This document shows positions 27,503-42,837 of a stretch of DNA of 64,000 nucleotides, in pieces. Positions within the stretch are counted from its first letter, which is position 1. Every line of letters begins with the position of its first letter. Under the pieces are notes generated by a model that saw nothing but the letters and a program-made list of their open reading frames with translations, was not told the DNA's origin and ran no database searches. The DNA lies in contig CM082585.2 of NCBI GenBank assembly GCA_040954595.2, forward strand, positions 8,815,649 through 8,879,648, in the 5' to 3' direction. The DNA is from Balanoglossus misakiensis. Lineage: Eukaryota; Animalia; Hemichordata. A program made the translations under genes and the position numbers.

Positions 27503-30500
27503 GGGGATCCATCCATCCATCACTAGAAGCAGTGGCTGGACTGTGAATGGTGGATAAATAACAGAGGCCAAGCAGATAGGTGTTTTTGATTCGTGGATCT
27601 ATGAGTGATGCTGTCATGAAGGATGTGTTGACTGAAACCAGATGTGCACAGAAAGAATGGAATGTGCTTTGGATGCTACAAAACACTTACTTTGGATTCT
27701 GTCTGCATAGCAAATAGAATGCAGACTACAGATATTGTGCAGAAGGATTTTTTTCATGACCTGTACAGTTAAAATATTGTTCAGATTCAACCCAGCCCCT
27801 TCCCCCTAAAAATCACTGCATCTGTCCATGCCATGGAAGACGATGAGACTGTACTACATAGTGTGGCAATGAAGGGTAGATGCCTCTCATCATAAACTGA
27901 TCTTGTTAAACAAATCTTGCCTGGACAGACTGACCATTCACAGAATACTGTTAGGAAATAGCGCAGGGAATGATTTTAATAAATTAACATATATGAGTCT
28001 GCAGTCCAGGTGTGTTCATGCAGGCGACAGCCAATCAGGGATCCCATCCTATGGGTTCCGACTTAGGTATAAACTACGATATGGTGGTGCGCCATCAACG
28101 GTGAAATAAAAAATCCTTTCTCTCTCTCCCTCCCTCCCTCTCTCGGGGTGACTACGAAATTATAGGTCACTGAAGTGCGTCTCCGAACGACAAAAAAATC
28201 ACTGAATGTACATGGCTCCAACAACGATAATACAACGATAGTCAGCAGATACCCTCTTATCAGAAGTTCACTAAAATAACCTTGTTGGTCTAATGTGACG
28301 TGCTGTTGTCAAGGACAATGCAAAAATGTAAAGTCGCGCCTAGTCTCTTCAGTTCAAGGTGATAATATAATAAATATGTATGTCGCCTCACTGGTATACC
28401 ACTGTTTATATTGTGAATTTGTAGAGCTTGTGCAAATTTGTTTTCCAATGCAATTGCCCTCTTTAAAGCGAACTAGATACATCGATCGAGATCTCTACGT
28501 ACGCCAGAATGACAAAATGCTGGCATTCTCAATCTGTGTATTGAATGGAATTTTATAAACATACACACGCCGCCATTACCATCTGATCGCTATTATCCCC
28601 GCATACAAGCGCTTCACGCACCACTTAACCCTGCTGTTGTCAAGAGTCTATTTTTATTCCACCCTTTCGTTTTACGCTCATACCTTTCGAACTGCCCGCA
28701 AGCCATTTATTCACCAAGCTACAACAAGTGGTGTTTGTATGATGCCAAAGCCCCCATCAGTTCATTTCAATTCGATTCAGCATCGTTGTGTGTGCGTGGG
28801 CGGCTTTGAATGTCATTCCACGAAAATTCAGCTCTGGCCCGTGCGAAAATGCACTTGGACACTCTTGAGAAAATATTACCTGAAAACCAGCTTGTACAAT
28901 CATGCAGTTTCCACTTTCACGACATCAATGCCTGTAACTTTTGTCTTGGTTGTTGTTTTCGCTTATTATTCATCGTTCAAATTTTAAGCTATATGCGATA
29001 CTGTAAGCGGTGGCGCCATTTTCAATCGCGAAGTCGAGTCCAAATATAATATACACCAAGTCAGTCATCCGGTGCTTTTAAGGAATCACTGAAACTAGAA
29101 CTTCTAAAAAGGCATAGCAGACGAGGGGTAATTGCGCCGTTTAACATAATAATTCCCCCCGCATTGTTCAGACGACATTCCCCGCTGGCGACCTCGGTTC
29201 TCCAGCATTGTGTGGCGATTCATCTGCCTAATTTGGTCCGGCTCAAGTCTTCGCCGGCCATTGTCCAGGCAATTTGAATGAAAGCTAGCCAAACAATCTC
29301 CGGGATTTTTTTGTTATTGAATGGTCCTCGCAATGTGAGTGGGAAGGCTGTTTTAGCCTCCAAAGTTACGCAAGGATTGTCGCTTTTGTCCATTCTCGTC
29401 TAAAAATACTGCACGTCGCCCATGAAGCGCTGGTGGCATTTGTTGCGCGCGATTCACTGATTATTTGTGCACTTGTGTGACTTTCGGTGATTTCAAATTC
29501 CTCCTTTGTCCATCGTGAAAGGATGAAAGCACGGATTCTGTTGTTTCAGAGGTCGAATAACAGCGGGGTTTTTTATATAAAAAAACACTCGGTGAATGTG
29601 TAGGACGAGGTGAGACTACGGGCACCAATTCTCGCCATGAGTTTAATAAAAACACCGACGTTTTTGTCCCATGTTGCTTCCGATTGGCCGAAGTTGCCGG
29701 ACCTTGAGCGTCAAAACACACAGCTTCGGTGTCTTCCAATTGTCTCGATTAGAATTCACTGCTTCGGTCAGTGTAATGACAATAACTGGACGAGAGAGTT
29801 CAACGACACCCGACGACGGTAAATCGATAGTTCAAGGGTACAACAAACCGGTTGAGTGACCGATGACAATACCACAGAATTGGCGTTACATAAAACGCAC
29901 ACCATAAAACCGACAATTCATGTTTGAAACGGTACATTATTTAATATGGAATAACGATAACCGAATCATTTAATGGTACTGTTATCTTTTAAAACGAATG
30001 TCGAATAAAGTGAAAAAAATCTTACGGTATATCGAATCGATTAATTTCGTCTGGTGTTCGAAAATCGAGACTCGGATGACGCATAAAAAATGTACAAAAG
30101 CAGTAAAATTGATCTCACAACTCGTGATGGAGGTCACAGCGCGATCTGTCTCGACGGGAAAAAATTGTCTTCCATCCAGACCAAGGATCTCCTTCAAGAG
30201 ATGAGAGGACGAATTACACGCCTATTATCATGTATGTAATCCCCTTCTTAGGGACGTTGCCACGGTGATGAATGAAGGGCGCCAAGCTCTTGGCATTGAC
30301 GTCATGCAAATGATGAGGGGGGGGGGCATCTGTAACTTGCAGGAGTGCGTATCTCTGTGTGTGTCAGAGTTCGGGGTTTTTACTAATCCTAGAAACACGT
30401 GCAAAACATCGTGCATAAACCACCTCGTTTTTGCTGTCACATCATACACTGTAAGTCTGGAGTGTGCTGTAATAAGACTGACATATCTCTAAGATATGGC

Positions 30501-31884
30501 ATTACGCAATCACTGCACTCAGCGTACGATTTGTATTACTACACTGCGTCAATCTCATCCTATTAATTAAGCTAATCGATGCCGATATGTTGGCTTCAGA
30601 AAACACCACAGGTCGCCACAGTCTAGACATTCTTTTCATGGGAACTTGGTGATTAAAAAAAACACAGACAGAATTATATCACAATCCCTTGCAAGAGAGG
30701 AACTGTATTGTTATCATCACTAGAAGCTCTGTGAAATAAGTAAATAAATGTTATCGCAAGACATGCAGAAGCTGGGGGCCGTTATATCATAATGCAAACT
30801 CATGTTAATCTGTGAATTGATTCAGTTCCGCAAATTGTTTTGATTATTGTAACGGTGCTGGTTGTATAATAGCTATAGTTCCCTAGGGCTTTGGAGATAA
30901 ATATCGATCCAAGTGGGTCACTTGTCTCGATTGTCCTAGGTATAAAACCATGCAAAACAGAGTTTAGGTCTTCAACTTCGCTGACCACAAAGTCCTTACG
31001 CTTTGATTTGTCTATTGAAGTCAAATTACGGTTGGCAACCGGAGGATGCGCGAATGTCACGTGTCTGGACACGAGGGATGCCTTTCGGCCATTTTGTCCC
31101 GCCTTTAGTTTTGGAGCACAAAATTACAAATTTTGCGATCGGCAGAACCTTTTTAAATTGATCGATATAGGCTTACACTCGTGTACTCTCACATCCGGGA
31201 TACATATACTCTGTTGATTGCAACAACCACCTGTTAATTCATATAGCCAGACTTCAGCTCTCTATGATTGGTATACATTGATATTATGGCCCTGACTCGA
31301 TACACTGTGGCCAGTGCGTAAGACACTTCTTTTCCGGTATTCTCTTGTTGTGACGTCACACATTCTGTTCTGCTACCCTTCCTTAAATTTTTTAGACCAA
31401 GGCCTGAAAACTCGTTGGCTGCCGTCTGACGCCCGGGTCTTGCGTAGGTTGTGAAGCCAAGTGGAAACGTTTCCTTTGTCCCGTGCTTTCGACACAAGGT
31501 CGTCAAGGTGTCCATGCTATAGTGATCTTAACTTATTCCGTTGTTAGGCTATGCAAATCATTTGATCAGTTGCTGCCTCCGCGGAATGTGGTTCCCACAT
31601 GAAGGAGGCGACACAGTAACATAGTAAACAGGAAATTGGCAACATGTATGCCATTTCGGTGTTGATCAAAAATTAAAAACCTTGACACCACTTAACCGCT
31701 ACGCTCCCTGCGTTTGTTGATGTCTGTTTTCTTAATGAGTTCACTTACGATCTTCATTGCGGGGGGGGGGGGGGGGTCAATGTTGACTCTCTAGCTGAGG
31801 GTGCGCCAATGGGTGAAAGTTAGAAATGAGTAAACACTAGTAACATTCTGCTATATTCAGAAGCAATAAGGATGTTGTCAACTA

Positions 31885-31980
31885 TAGAATACTATATTTC
31901 ATCTATACAAAACTTCTATACTAAACTATATATTATAGTATACTATACTGTATTATGCTATACTATACTATTCATTATAG
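31885..31980. repeat. Degenerate (TATAC)n low-complexity repeat
   Basis: tatactatactgtattatgctatactatactattc. Confidence 0.7.
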
Positions 31981-33857
31981 TCTCGCAATATGCATTATAC
32001 AAATTCGCTACGCAAAGAGCAGCACACATATTTATGTTGTTCAGCAAGTTTTTGAAGACTAAATTGCCAACCAAACTGTATTTATAGCTCACATATTTTG
32101 TACAATTGACACATAATAAACATAACCCGGCCTGCTTTCATTCGTTATCACGGACGGGTCAATTTCAAGTACAGTCAGATAGCCATCAAATGACCATTTT
32201 AGTTTAGTCTATCTGAAGTGTTGTCCATCAAGTATGATACATGACCAGATCATAAACCTTGATATCGACTGCGATGCTAGGTATGTGCACAGTCCCGTGG
32301 CCTGCTTAGCTGAACAGTATACGTGCCAGAATCATGTCATTGAAGTGTGCGTGTTACTGGTGTGGAAATAGAGTTTTGATGATCAACCATCATAATGGCG
32401 GTCAGCACAACCAAAATACTCATAAATGATGATTAGTTTTGCCGTTTTCCAAAATTGACTGTTTTATATATTCGGGAGTTTCCCTACTAACCGTATAAAT
32501 GTCTGTTGCCGTGTTGCACAGTCTATTTGCACATCCCACCCTTATCAGCTACTTAACCGACTCATATACCCTCTGCGCATCAAGCGAGCATGCGTCATAC
32601 AGCGCCCCAATTACGAACGTCGCTGCGTCCGTAATTAACTAATTAACGAGTTAATTGTTAACTTCAATTACGTGACCAATTTCAACCCATTTACGTCATT
32701 CGTGTTGTTTGACTCATTGTTTCGAAACAGACCTTCGTCTTTCCCTCGTGTTTTTAGAAGTCAACTCATGACTTACAGAGATAACTGGTCTCGGTGGTAA
32801 CACTAACAAAAACAACACCAGACGCTAAATGACGTCATCTATACGAATCTGATACTGACTAAATTTCTAACTCCGGTGTACCTCCATCTTTTATTTACCG
32901 CCCCACTGACAAAAATCAATATAGGTAGGAGCTTACCCTGAAATTGAAAACCGAACTATTGAAAAAATGCAATAATAACCTTATCTGATTAACTCGGAAT
33001 TATCTGATACGTCATGTGTAGTGGAACAGAAGAGAATAGGAAAAAAGTACCCAGCAGAGAGAACTGCTGTTACACTGTCCGCTCTAAATTCTAGTCCACC
33101 GAATCATTGAGCAGTTGATTTATAGTCAGTAACAACCCAAAAATTCGTTTTCGGTTTCAGCGTGACAGCGCAATTCCTCGAAATAAAGTGTTCGAATTCC
33201 TAGAATATGGACTCATCGCTTGTCGCGAGTAAAAAATAAGTATCCGAGAATTTCAAGTATTTGAGTCATTTCTGTGACGGTCTGTCAATTGTCTCTGCTT
33301 TGCGAGTAAATCAAAACTTCTCCATCCATTTTGGTCATAGACGGGGTCCCCTATGATGAAGGGGTTGTATAATACTAAGCAATTTTGTCTAATTAAATTA
33401 GACTTAGAAATTGTCCACACGCATATAGCTATTAGACATATGAGCGTGCACGTTTTGGCTCCGATCATGACCTACTGTTGCTCATTCGTGATACGTCATC
33501 ATGAACGCGTTGCTAAGTTTCTATGGAGTGCCGTCTTTAGTATTAGTCTAGTAGTGTGACTCTAGAAGCCTGTGGATTTTGATAGCGTATGTTTTTAATT
33601 TATCGCTCACTTATGTAAATGAGATACATCGCCGTGCGCCAATGACCGGTGCGATCCGGTGGTGTACCTGTGTATACGTCACCGTTTATTTGTTAGTCTG
33701 ATAAGGTCCCTCCCACCCTAAACACTGACAGAGAAGCAAAAAGAGTCCACGCTGTATACTGTATACTCACTCATAGGCGTACACTAACACGCGCAACCAA
33801 GTAATCCAGTAGCGACCAGCTGCCGCTGTGTATATTATATATACTACACCCAAAAAT

Positions 33858-36800
33858 ATGCAGGACTACGGGAAACGGGACAACGTGTTCCAGCGGTGGA
33901 TGAAGAGACAGCCGGCGAACGCCAACAAACACGCGCACAACGGCCACTTCGGCCGACCCGCCGACGATATGACTTTTTACGCCCAGCATCTGGGCACCCA
34001 GCTCCACACTCGGGAGCCCGATCTGCAGAAAGTGACCACCATCGTCAGGCGCATGATCAACCACGCGAAGTCGACGGGGAGAAAATTACCCAAACACGCC
34101 ATTTCGGTCAGCAGCAAGTACATCACAGTCGAGAATGTGGGTGAGTAGATTTTTTGACAGATAGACTAAACTTTCAGCGACTTGTCGTTCACCAGTTCTT
34201 TTGTTCGGCAGCTGGACGGAATATCTTAATGTTAACTACCGTAGGTGAGTGTTTATTTTTGTGGCACCTTAGCCGCGCGCCTCGGCTGACACTTGGAACG
34301 CAGGTACAAGCCGGCGCTCGACTCAACTCTAACATTTTGAAAATTCATGGCTGATTTTTAGAGATCGCCGCACCACACAGTGCGTGTTCACTTGGGCGAT
34401 GAAAACTTCGCGAAGCCTTCGCTGTATAAAGCCACCCTTTGTTGCCCAAGCCGTAAAACAATTGGATTTATACCGTGGAATGTGCGACTATTATTATCAA
34501 AGGGGCTATTCACGCCACTTCAAAAGCCCACATTCATCTACACGGTTATGTATTGACAAACCCACGCGTTTGATTCAACCCTTGCCTCTCCGAAAAGCGG
34601 CAGATTCAGTATTCATTTTTTCAGTCGAGTTCACCGAAAAAAATCCACTTCTATCTAGGCCTAATGTCCGAGAATCGGACGAGTAGGAAGCAAAAAACGA
34701 ATCGACGACCTTGCGAAAGCGAAGTTGGACAGTTAAATTTGCTTTTCCAGTTGCATAACAAGACAACTGTCCACAGTTGGCCGCGAGGATTGTTGGAAGT
34801 TTCTATTGTGAGCTTGATGGCGTCTTTGTTACAAGTAAAACCAGCGAAATGTAAACTACATTTTCTCTCGATCTGTGTGTCTTCTTCTATTCTGATACGG
34901 CAACTCAAATATGGCACGGTCTGGATGCTTGTGGGCGACCCCCGAGATTACTTTACGAGTTTGCCTCGGGGATAAAAAAAAGTAGTCATGCGGCGGGGTG
35001 AGCGTGAACGACTCCGAAAGGGCCAGTGTTTCTTACAGGTCTCCCAAGTCCAGTTTCCATGGAAACCTTGCCACCATTAGCAAGAGAGACGCTTAGGATA
35101 CGAACGCGCTCTATATTCCAAGGTGAATTGGGTCGAATTAAGACCGTTGTCACATACATTTAGTACAGTCAGGCCTATTGTGATTTTCGGCGTCCGCAAA
35201 CTTTACGGGACAACGCGTATAAGTTTATCGATTCTCTCACTCATCTGAACCCGTTTTTCTCTAAACTAACCCTTTTATTTCGCTTCGTGCGACCGCCATA
35301 CACCCGGGTGATTTGAGAGACACCCCTTCTGTTTTTTAACCGATCACGAGACACAGAGACAACGCGGCTCTTTCACGGCGAAATTCTCCGTGGCAGTAAC
35401 ACGACCCCTCCCCCACGTACCTGCCGTACAAAGACTTTACAAGGGACACTCGGGTTACAAGTTTAACAGTGGCTCCACTGTTCTCTGCTGCAGTGTCTTG
35501 TGTCAGTGTGACCTGCCACCTGGCGAGACCATTGCCACTAATATTTCCATCGTGCACGGGAACCACCTGTTGCACGTTGGCCATTGCGCAGATGCAATTG
35601 TTAGGGAAATCAGAAGTCCCACCTTCCACGGACAGTGGGTATGCAATGTTGCTTCGGGGAGTTCTGGGAACAAGAAATTGAAGCCGATGTACACAAATTC
35701 CAAAAAGTGGGGATAACACATTACAGGCAATGGCCCGTTAAAATTGTCCCTTACAACGCGAGAGTCGACACGTAAACTGGACAGTGGACAAACACAACAG
35801 CGTGCGTGGTCAACTAGGCTATCTGTATTATTGTATGCCAGTCCTATTTCATGATTACAAACCGCTTTTGTCAGTGCAGAAACTCGAAAAAAGCACACAA
35901 TAAAAGTGAAAGAACGTGATGGCGTATGACAAGGGCCGAAACGTCCAGCAGCACGCGATGGTGGATGTGAATACGGCGCGAAATTGCCTGTGACGAATGG
36001 TCCGAATATTTTGGCCGATGGTTTGAATTCCTCCCGTGCAATGGACGGATCGTGTTCCGCGTTCTGAAGAAAACCATTCGTTTGGGTGACGTGGACGCGA
36101 GTCGGTTTGCAGTGGCTTTCGTGTGTATACGAATATGCGCTTACTTCTACAGACACATCTGGCGAGAGAATCCTCAATCTCATCCGTGTTCCATAACTTG
36201 TTTACTTTTCATTGTTCGTTCCACATCAAAGTTCTGTGCGGGCATGGCAGCAATTCTCATCGTGCGCATTTAACTGTTTTCAATCCTGCATGGTAAAGAA
36301 TGCATCCTTTATTAATCGTGACAAAGTACGCAGAATTTCCGGTCCTTAAATATTAGAAACCACCAAATTTATTACATATGTTGCTCAAATGCTTTGCCAC
36401 AGTGCATAACCTCGTTTTATCTCCCAGTAATTTCATAGGTTAAATCGAATACCAGGCATTCTTTGATATTCTAACTCTGGTCATTGTCCGAACACGTTTT
36501 CCGGGACATAAGTTCGCGGAATTGGCCCTAATGAATTAAACAACAAGCGCGCAACATGAAATCGGCACGTTTCGTAAGATTATGTATCTGTGGAATTTGG
36601 ATTCTAACCCTTTGATCTGATGCTAATCTGTGATTAACGGTAATTAGTTTTGTTTGTTTCATCGGGGGTCCGTGGGTGAGCTTTTTTTATCAGGACACAT
36701 GTGCCCCCTTTTTGAACTCGGTCGTTCTTAGAATAGGTTTAAAGTTTGATTTCACTTTGGTTTTGCTCTCCCCGGATCAGTCGACTGTGGAGGGGTCTTG

Positions 36801-39800
36801 TCTAGTTTCCCTGTCGTGTTTGCATATTAACACTGATGGCGGAATGTTATATTGCCAGTGCTTCAGGCGACGCCTTGTACTTAGGTTTTTTATAGTCGGT
36901 GCCCCACAAAGAACCTGTGGTGTCTTTCTGTTCCCTTGGAGTCATCGCGATCGTCGAATCTTGTCGAAAAAACATATCCCCCCCCCCACCACCTGTCCGT
37001 TCAAGCTCCGAGTTCAAGCACAGACACCGGACGTCTTCTACTTTCTCTTCGCCATGTCAGTAACATCTGCTCGGCCATCCCGAAAGTCACCTGTCCAGGT
37101 CAGAGGTCGTTTTTAAAAAAACATCAATCGCCAATGCCGGCGCCTGACTTTTAAAGTTTTACGGTAGCGCGCTCATCTATGTCAGCAAGTGCATTCTTTC
37201 GCCAAAGCAATTGTATTGTGTGACCATTAGCCCCAGTCTATTATATCAGATGAGTTGTGCATGTTGCCCGTGGATGGTTAATTCAATACTGTACTGCACT
37301 GTGTGGACTATACTGATATACGGCGATCGGTTGTTAACTAATTGACTTGTACATTATACTACAAGGATAAATAGTTACCCCTTTTATGTGCATGGCCAGT
37401 GGTTGTAGCGTTTGCCAGACTGAGTTCTTTTGTGTGTCGCACAAAATGTCATTTCCATCATAAGTTTATTAAAATTAATATTAGAAACTATTTCATGAAA
37501 GCTTGTGAAACTATCGTTATCGTGACGTCACAGCCTGATTTACATCTGGCACTTTAAAAGCGGAATTAAAACTAAGTTGGATATATATTTGGTCAGTGTT
37601 TAGGGAAGTCGTGCGTATTGACCAGCTAAATGCCATGGCAACAACGTGTAGTCCCATGTTCCTACCGATTAGTTTAGGTTTTTTTCTTATCTCAGGAATT
37701 CTGACAAGATGTAACTGCTATCGCTCTGTCAACAGGGCAGTGACATATGCCATGACCAATGCTCGTGGCTGTCGTCACGATTTTATTTAACACAAAGCCG
37801 AGTCGGCGTTGTTTGATGTACAGATGATGACCATCTGAACTGGCAAGTGACTCAGGTTGGAATGAATTACCTGCGAAGATGTAGATAAAATATGACTGTG
37901 TATACAACAGCATCGTCAGGTTTATTCTTAGAGTTGACAAAAATGACATTATTAGGGGGTATTCTGCGAACTTATCTTCTCAGCTACGTCTGGGGAACCC
38001 GGCCGGAGATTCTTGTTAATATTAAATTTGACCCGTTGCTTGGTCTGTACAGCGGCCTGTTATTTTGAACATTTGTGAATACAATGCATTGTATTTTCGC
38101 GGGCATTGTCAAGTTCGTAGAGTTCACGCGATCAGACCAACAAACAAGCCACCCCCAGCCTTCGACAAAGGCACGTATTTCTTGATGACGTAGAACACGA
38201 CAGCAAAGAGTACAGTTGGCCCCACTGCAGCGCTTCACATCACCATGGCAACTGACCGACTCGTAGTTCATGACTTCGATTTATCGACACGCGCGGCATG
38301 GAAAATCCGGCCGTTTCTAATCTAAGTCAACGTTTTATTTTTAAAATCACAACATTAGAAATATTAAATCCGTTGCCTTGCCGATTTCCATCGCGAGAGG
38401 AAACCGATGTTTTTACGTCTGGCAACCAGCCTCCAGACAGAGTTACAAAAATCACCGACCCTTACTGAAAAGAACAATTTCGTCACATGCATTCTTTGGC
38501 TCGATCTAATCATCTTTCAATTACGTCGATTTTCTCTCAAATTATATTTTCGATTACACACCAGCCGTCCTTGTGCGGTTGAATGCAGTGACGTAGTTGA
38601 CCGGACGCACCCTGGTGCACCGTTTCATGCGCGCAAGGGGAGGGCTGTCCTTGTCATGCGCAACAAAACATTTTGCCTTTTTTGATTGGTGCATGTATCG
38701 GTGTTATTTTGCATGCGGTGGGATATTTACGAATCGGCTCATTCTCACTCCCACGGTGGTCTTCCGGAACGTACAATATCACTTAATACTGCATAAAGAT
38801 AGTTTCCAACAACAGGTCATTTTTGGATTACTTTAAACACGAGATGGCACGACATATTGAAATTGTCATTTGTGATTTCCAGTAATATAAAAAGCGTCAC
38901 AAAAAAGTTCCAGTCGAAGCACAATCGCCTGGTCTTAAAACGCACACAGAAACTTAAAAATACATGACGATATACCCAAATCGCGACAGATTAAATTCTA
39001 TCCAGGGGCGTAGTTCATTCGGTTAGTCGACATGGTAAAGTATGCTGCATCTCAACAACGTTAACACAATGCATCAATGTATGATGATACCGGTGCAAAC
39101 CTACAACGCACACTTGACCCCTGACCTGTTTTATGTTCCGAAGTTAGCCCTGCAGTAAAGCGGAGAGTATATTCCTACTCATTTTGGCCTACTTTGCCCG
39201 GGCCGTAGCTGCGACCTGGTTTTACAGGCGTTAGTTGAATTGCCAAGCAGTAATTACCTCCTTTGAGCAGAAAAAAATACAACCTGGCTACTCCACAAAG
39301 ACGGTAGATTTACGATATTTAGTTCTGTACAAAAGACTCTATAACCGAGCAACCAAGCCGGGGAAGTCCCCTTATACTACGAAGCAGAGTTAATCGCACT
39401 AACTTCTCCAATTGATATCAGTCGTGCGCCCACGAGGAATCTGTGTTGGTAAATGCTTCTCCCTTGACCCAGAGTTTGTTTAGTAAAAACAGGAAATATT
39501 AGTTCCATATGACAAGATACACATTAAACTTCCAGGGGAGGCCACCGCATTCCAACAGGTTGTCATAAGAGATCATAATATATGAGGTCGTACTTCTTCG
39601 ACAACAATCGACCCGAATCTATGTAGGTTTTATGGTCACATTCATTGTTGGTTTTCTGTGTCAAGGTTTGCGATCAAATTAACCCTGTACGTGTGATGGG
39701 TTTATATTCGCCTATCTGTGTAATAAGTGGATGGTTATCGCCTCATAGACATCACCTGATGGCTGATAGTCTGTTGGTGGTGATGGACAACGAGATACGG

Positions 39801-42800
39801 TGACGTCATGCGCAGAGCAAGTTTAAGTTTGCCATTTTCTGAGTCGCACACTTAAATCGGGATTTATATGACAACGGGAATTTGGATTCAGGTTTCCGAA
39901 TCTGTTGTAGAAAAACACGTTTACCTTTTCCCTGCATTCTGCTTCGTCTCTTGATGGTCCGCAGGAATTTGTTTTGGGTGTTTTTTTCCCTTGTTTTCAA
40001 AAACGCAATTCCCCACACACGGACAATGTTACCGTGAAGCCATGGCTGGAATGGCACCCTCTCAATTCGCAACATTCCCCAGACGGTTTGTGTGCTGTGT
40101 CGAGTTCTTTGACGACCGCGTTCAAATATTTAGGAAGGCCTTTAAAATAAATACCTCCAGGGGGAGATTTTGCTACCACCGCCACAATAAAAACCATGTT
40201 GCTGTCATGATGGTAAATTATGTACTGGTCTGACATCTGCTCACACGATACGGCCCAATGCCCAAAACGACATTTATCGTCGTAGGGCCGATGTGCATTG
40301 TTGTCCCTGTCGGGAATCTCAAAAATGCCGATGACTACTTGTTGCATGCTCGCTGCGGAAACGGGTTATTAAACAGGAATTTTTTGAGTGTTTTGGGGGT
40401 TTGTGTGCGCTCGCGTCCCCTTTCCTCGCGCAGCTACGGAGGCATCCAACTGTGATAGATAGATGTGGCAATTTCCGAACAGAAAATTTGATTGGCTGAA
40501 TGATTATCTGCAACGACAAAGAATTTTTACTCTTCAGCAACAGGTGGTTGTCACGGCCCGGCCGTCACGCTGTCTCTTCACCACCAAATAACTTTTTAAA
40601 CGTCGCTGATTTAAAATGATGGCTTCATTTTGGTCATCCTTCGACCTGTGTAGTCGCCGATGAGTCTGATATTTTTAGTGGGGCACTTCGAGAAAACTCT
40701 AAAACGTACAAACAATCACTTGAGATTCACTGTCTGTTTTGAGTGTGAGGTGATCCGCAACACTGGCCCTACTTGTCCTAAAATGCAAGCTGGGAGAAGT
40801 TCACGGTCGAACAGTTTGAAATAAAGAAGTTACAGAAGGCAAGTCGAGGAAGGAGTTTGCGGGACGTTCGCCCTATACACACAAAATAGAGTCGCGTCCC
40901 TATAAGTCATGTCGATCCGACGCTCTATTTGACACAGGTGCCAAACGAGGCTACCAGAGACCCTCTTTCCAGTCTGGTCTGCGGCTGTGCAAACTTGCTA
41001 CCCGAGATTCTGGCCAATTTCCAAAACCGGCAATCCCAAAATACTTTTCCACGGTGTATTAGCTCTAGATCTGAGGGACAACTACTTGGCCACGAAAATT
41101 CTTCCGACTGAACTGACCCGAGAGAACGCATTCCATTTGAGAAAGAATTGCAAATTTGCCACTAAAGCGAAATTTTTGCGTTGAAACTGGTGACACCTGT
41201 AGGTCACACCAGTTTGCGAGGGGATTTACCTGAATATGGGCACGCATCCAATAATACTGAACCCCGTATACTGACAGAGTTTCCGATTTCACTCTGTTTA
41301 CCCTGTGATTTAAACAACAGAAGGTATTAATTGACGAGAAAACGTCCCCTCTGTACGTCACACCGGGAGTGACTATACTTTGTTTGCGGTGCTGGGTCTC
41401 ACGAATATAATTTGAGCTTGAAAACTTGAGACCCCCGACAAGCAGCTCAAAATTCACAAATTACGCCAGTCTTTCCTTGGCTGTGTGATACGATTACTTT
41501 TACTGTAAACAATTAGAGATAGGGCGAGGAGGTTTACTTACTGTTACGTAGGTTACGTTTGGGTATGTGCAAGACTCATGGCATTATATATGCCCCGTAC
41601 ATCAATAGAAAATACAAGGGGTAAATCGTTTTGCCAATCACATGCAGGGCCCATTACATCTGAATAACTGAATTCTAGTGGACCATGAAAGCTTCTTTTG
41701 GATTTTAATACGCCATATGCACTAACACTGGATGGATTGAACACCGTCTATGGTTAACTTGGTCGCTATTCTTGCAGCAACCTGCAGGGATTGAAAAGCC
41801 TGGCTTCCTGAATGACCTGGACGCCAAACAAGCATAACGGGTCGAACGCAGTCATTGCAAAACGATTTAACGATGCTTTAAAAATGTGCGAAATGGCGTG
41901 TAACAATGGACTGGAATTCTTTAGCCGGCAGGGGGGTTGCTTTCCAATGTCGCATGGTGGCGCTAACATAGCAACGAAAGCTCTGGTCACCCATGGTTAT
42001 AAGTACATGTAATACAGCTGTATTTCTCGAATATCGCACTCACGCCGTTTCTCTTTATATTTATCGTTCACAGGAGGAGAAGAGAGGCCGTCGGTCCTAC
42101 CGCTGTATCTCGTACAATACTGCGCTTCGGACGTGGTCAGCCCCAAAATCTTCGTCTTCATCGCCTCTGTCCAGCAGGCCTTCCAGGTGAACGTGTACTT
42201 CTGTCAAAAGAGGGCGAAAGCCGAGGCGTTGACGGTGGCCTTCGCCAAGTGTTTCAAGCGCGCGTACAGAGACTGGGAGAGCAGGGCGCGTGAACAGTCG
42301 GACAGACAAGGCCACATGAGAGCAAGGAATCCAGGTAAGGGAACGAGGATGGGACCATCTCATAATTGTTATCCTGAAGTATGATGTCCACTTTGTTTTC
42401 GAAGCATACATAACGGTGCTCTTAAATTGAAAATAAGATTGAACGAAGTCACATCGTGTTAGTTATCTCTTGCTAAATACAATTCAATCATCATTTGTGC
42501 GTGTCTCTCTCTTTTAGCAGACTATTCGCGGGGACTTCCGCCGAGCCCGACATCCTCTGGCGGCAGCAGCACGCCGCCTTCCCCGCAGTCGCCGGACACC
42601 CCGCGCTCCTCCGAGGAGGCGCCTAAGAAGAAGGCCATCCAGGTGTTCGACATGTACAGCATGAACAATGTCTTCGCCAAGCGCAAGACCCTCAGCAAGA
42701 AACCGGAGTTCCTGAAGATCGGAAACGACTACGGCACCCTGTCCAAAAGCAGTGACGTCAGGAAGTACTTGGAGTACGGGGACTACGATGTGTCGCCGGA

Positions 42801-42837
42801 CGATCCCGAAGAGGAATGGTCCCAGTACTCGTATTAA
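33858..42837 (+). CDS. PTB/PID-domain adaptor, LDLRAP1(ARH)-like
   Basis: Exons 33858-34140, 42074-42334 and 42521-42837 (NAGNAG acceptor) join in frame: MTFYAQHLG...ISVSSKYITV...LYLVQYCASDVVSPKIFVFIA...YFCQKRAKAEALTVAFAKCFKRAYRDWE. Followed by an S/P-rich linker and VFAKRKTLSKKPEFLKIG. First intron is 7.9 kb. Confidence 0.85.

Noticed and set aside
35336-36183. Overlapping 100-226 aa ORFs in the long PTB-gene intron
   Set aside because: No recognisable domain, codon bias or splice context; likely spurious.
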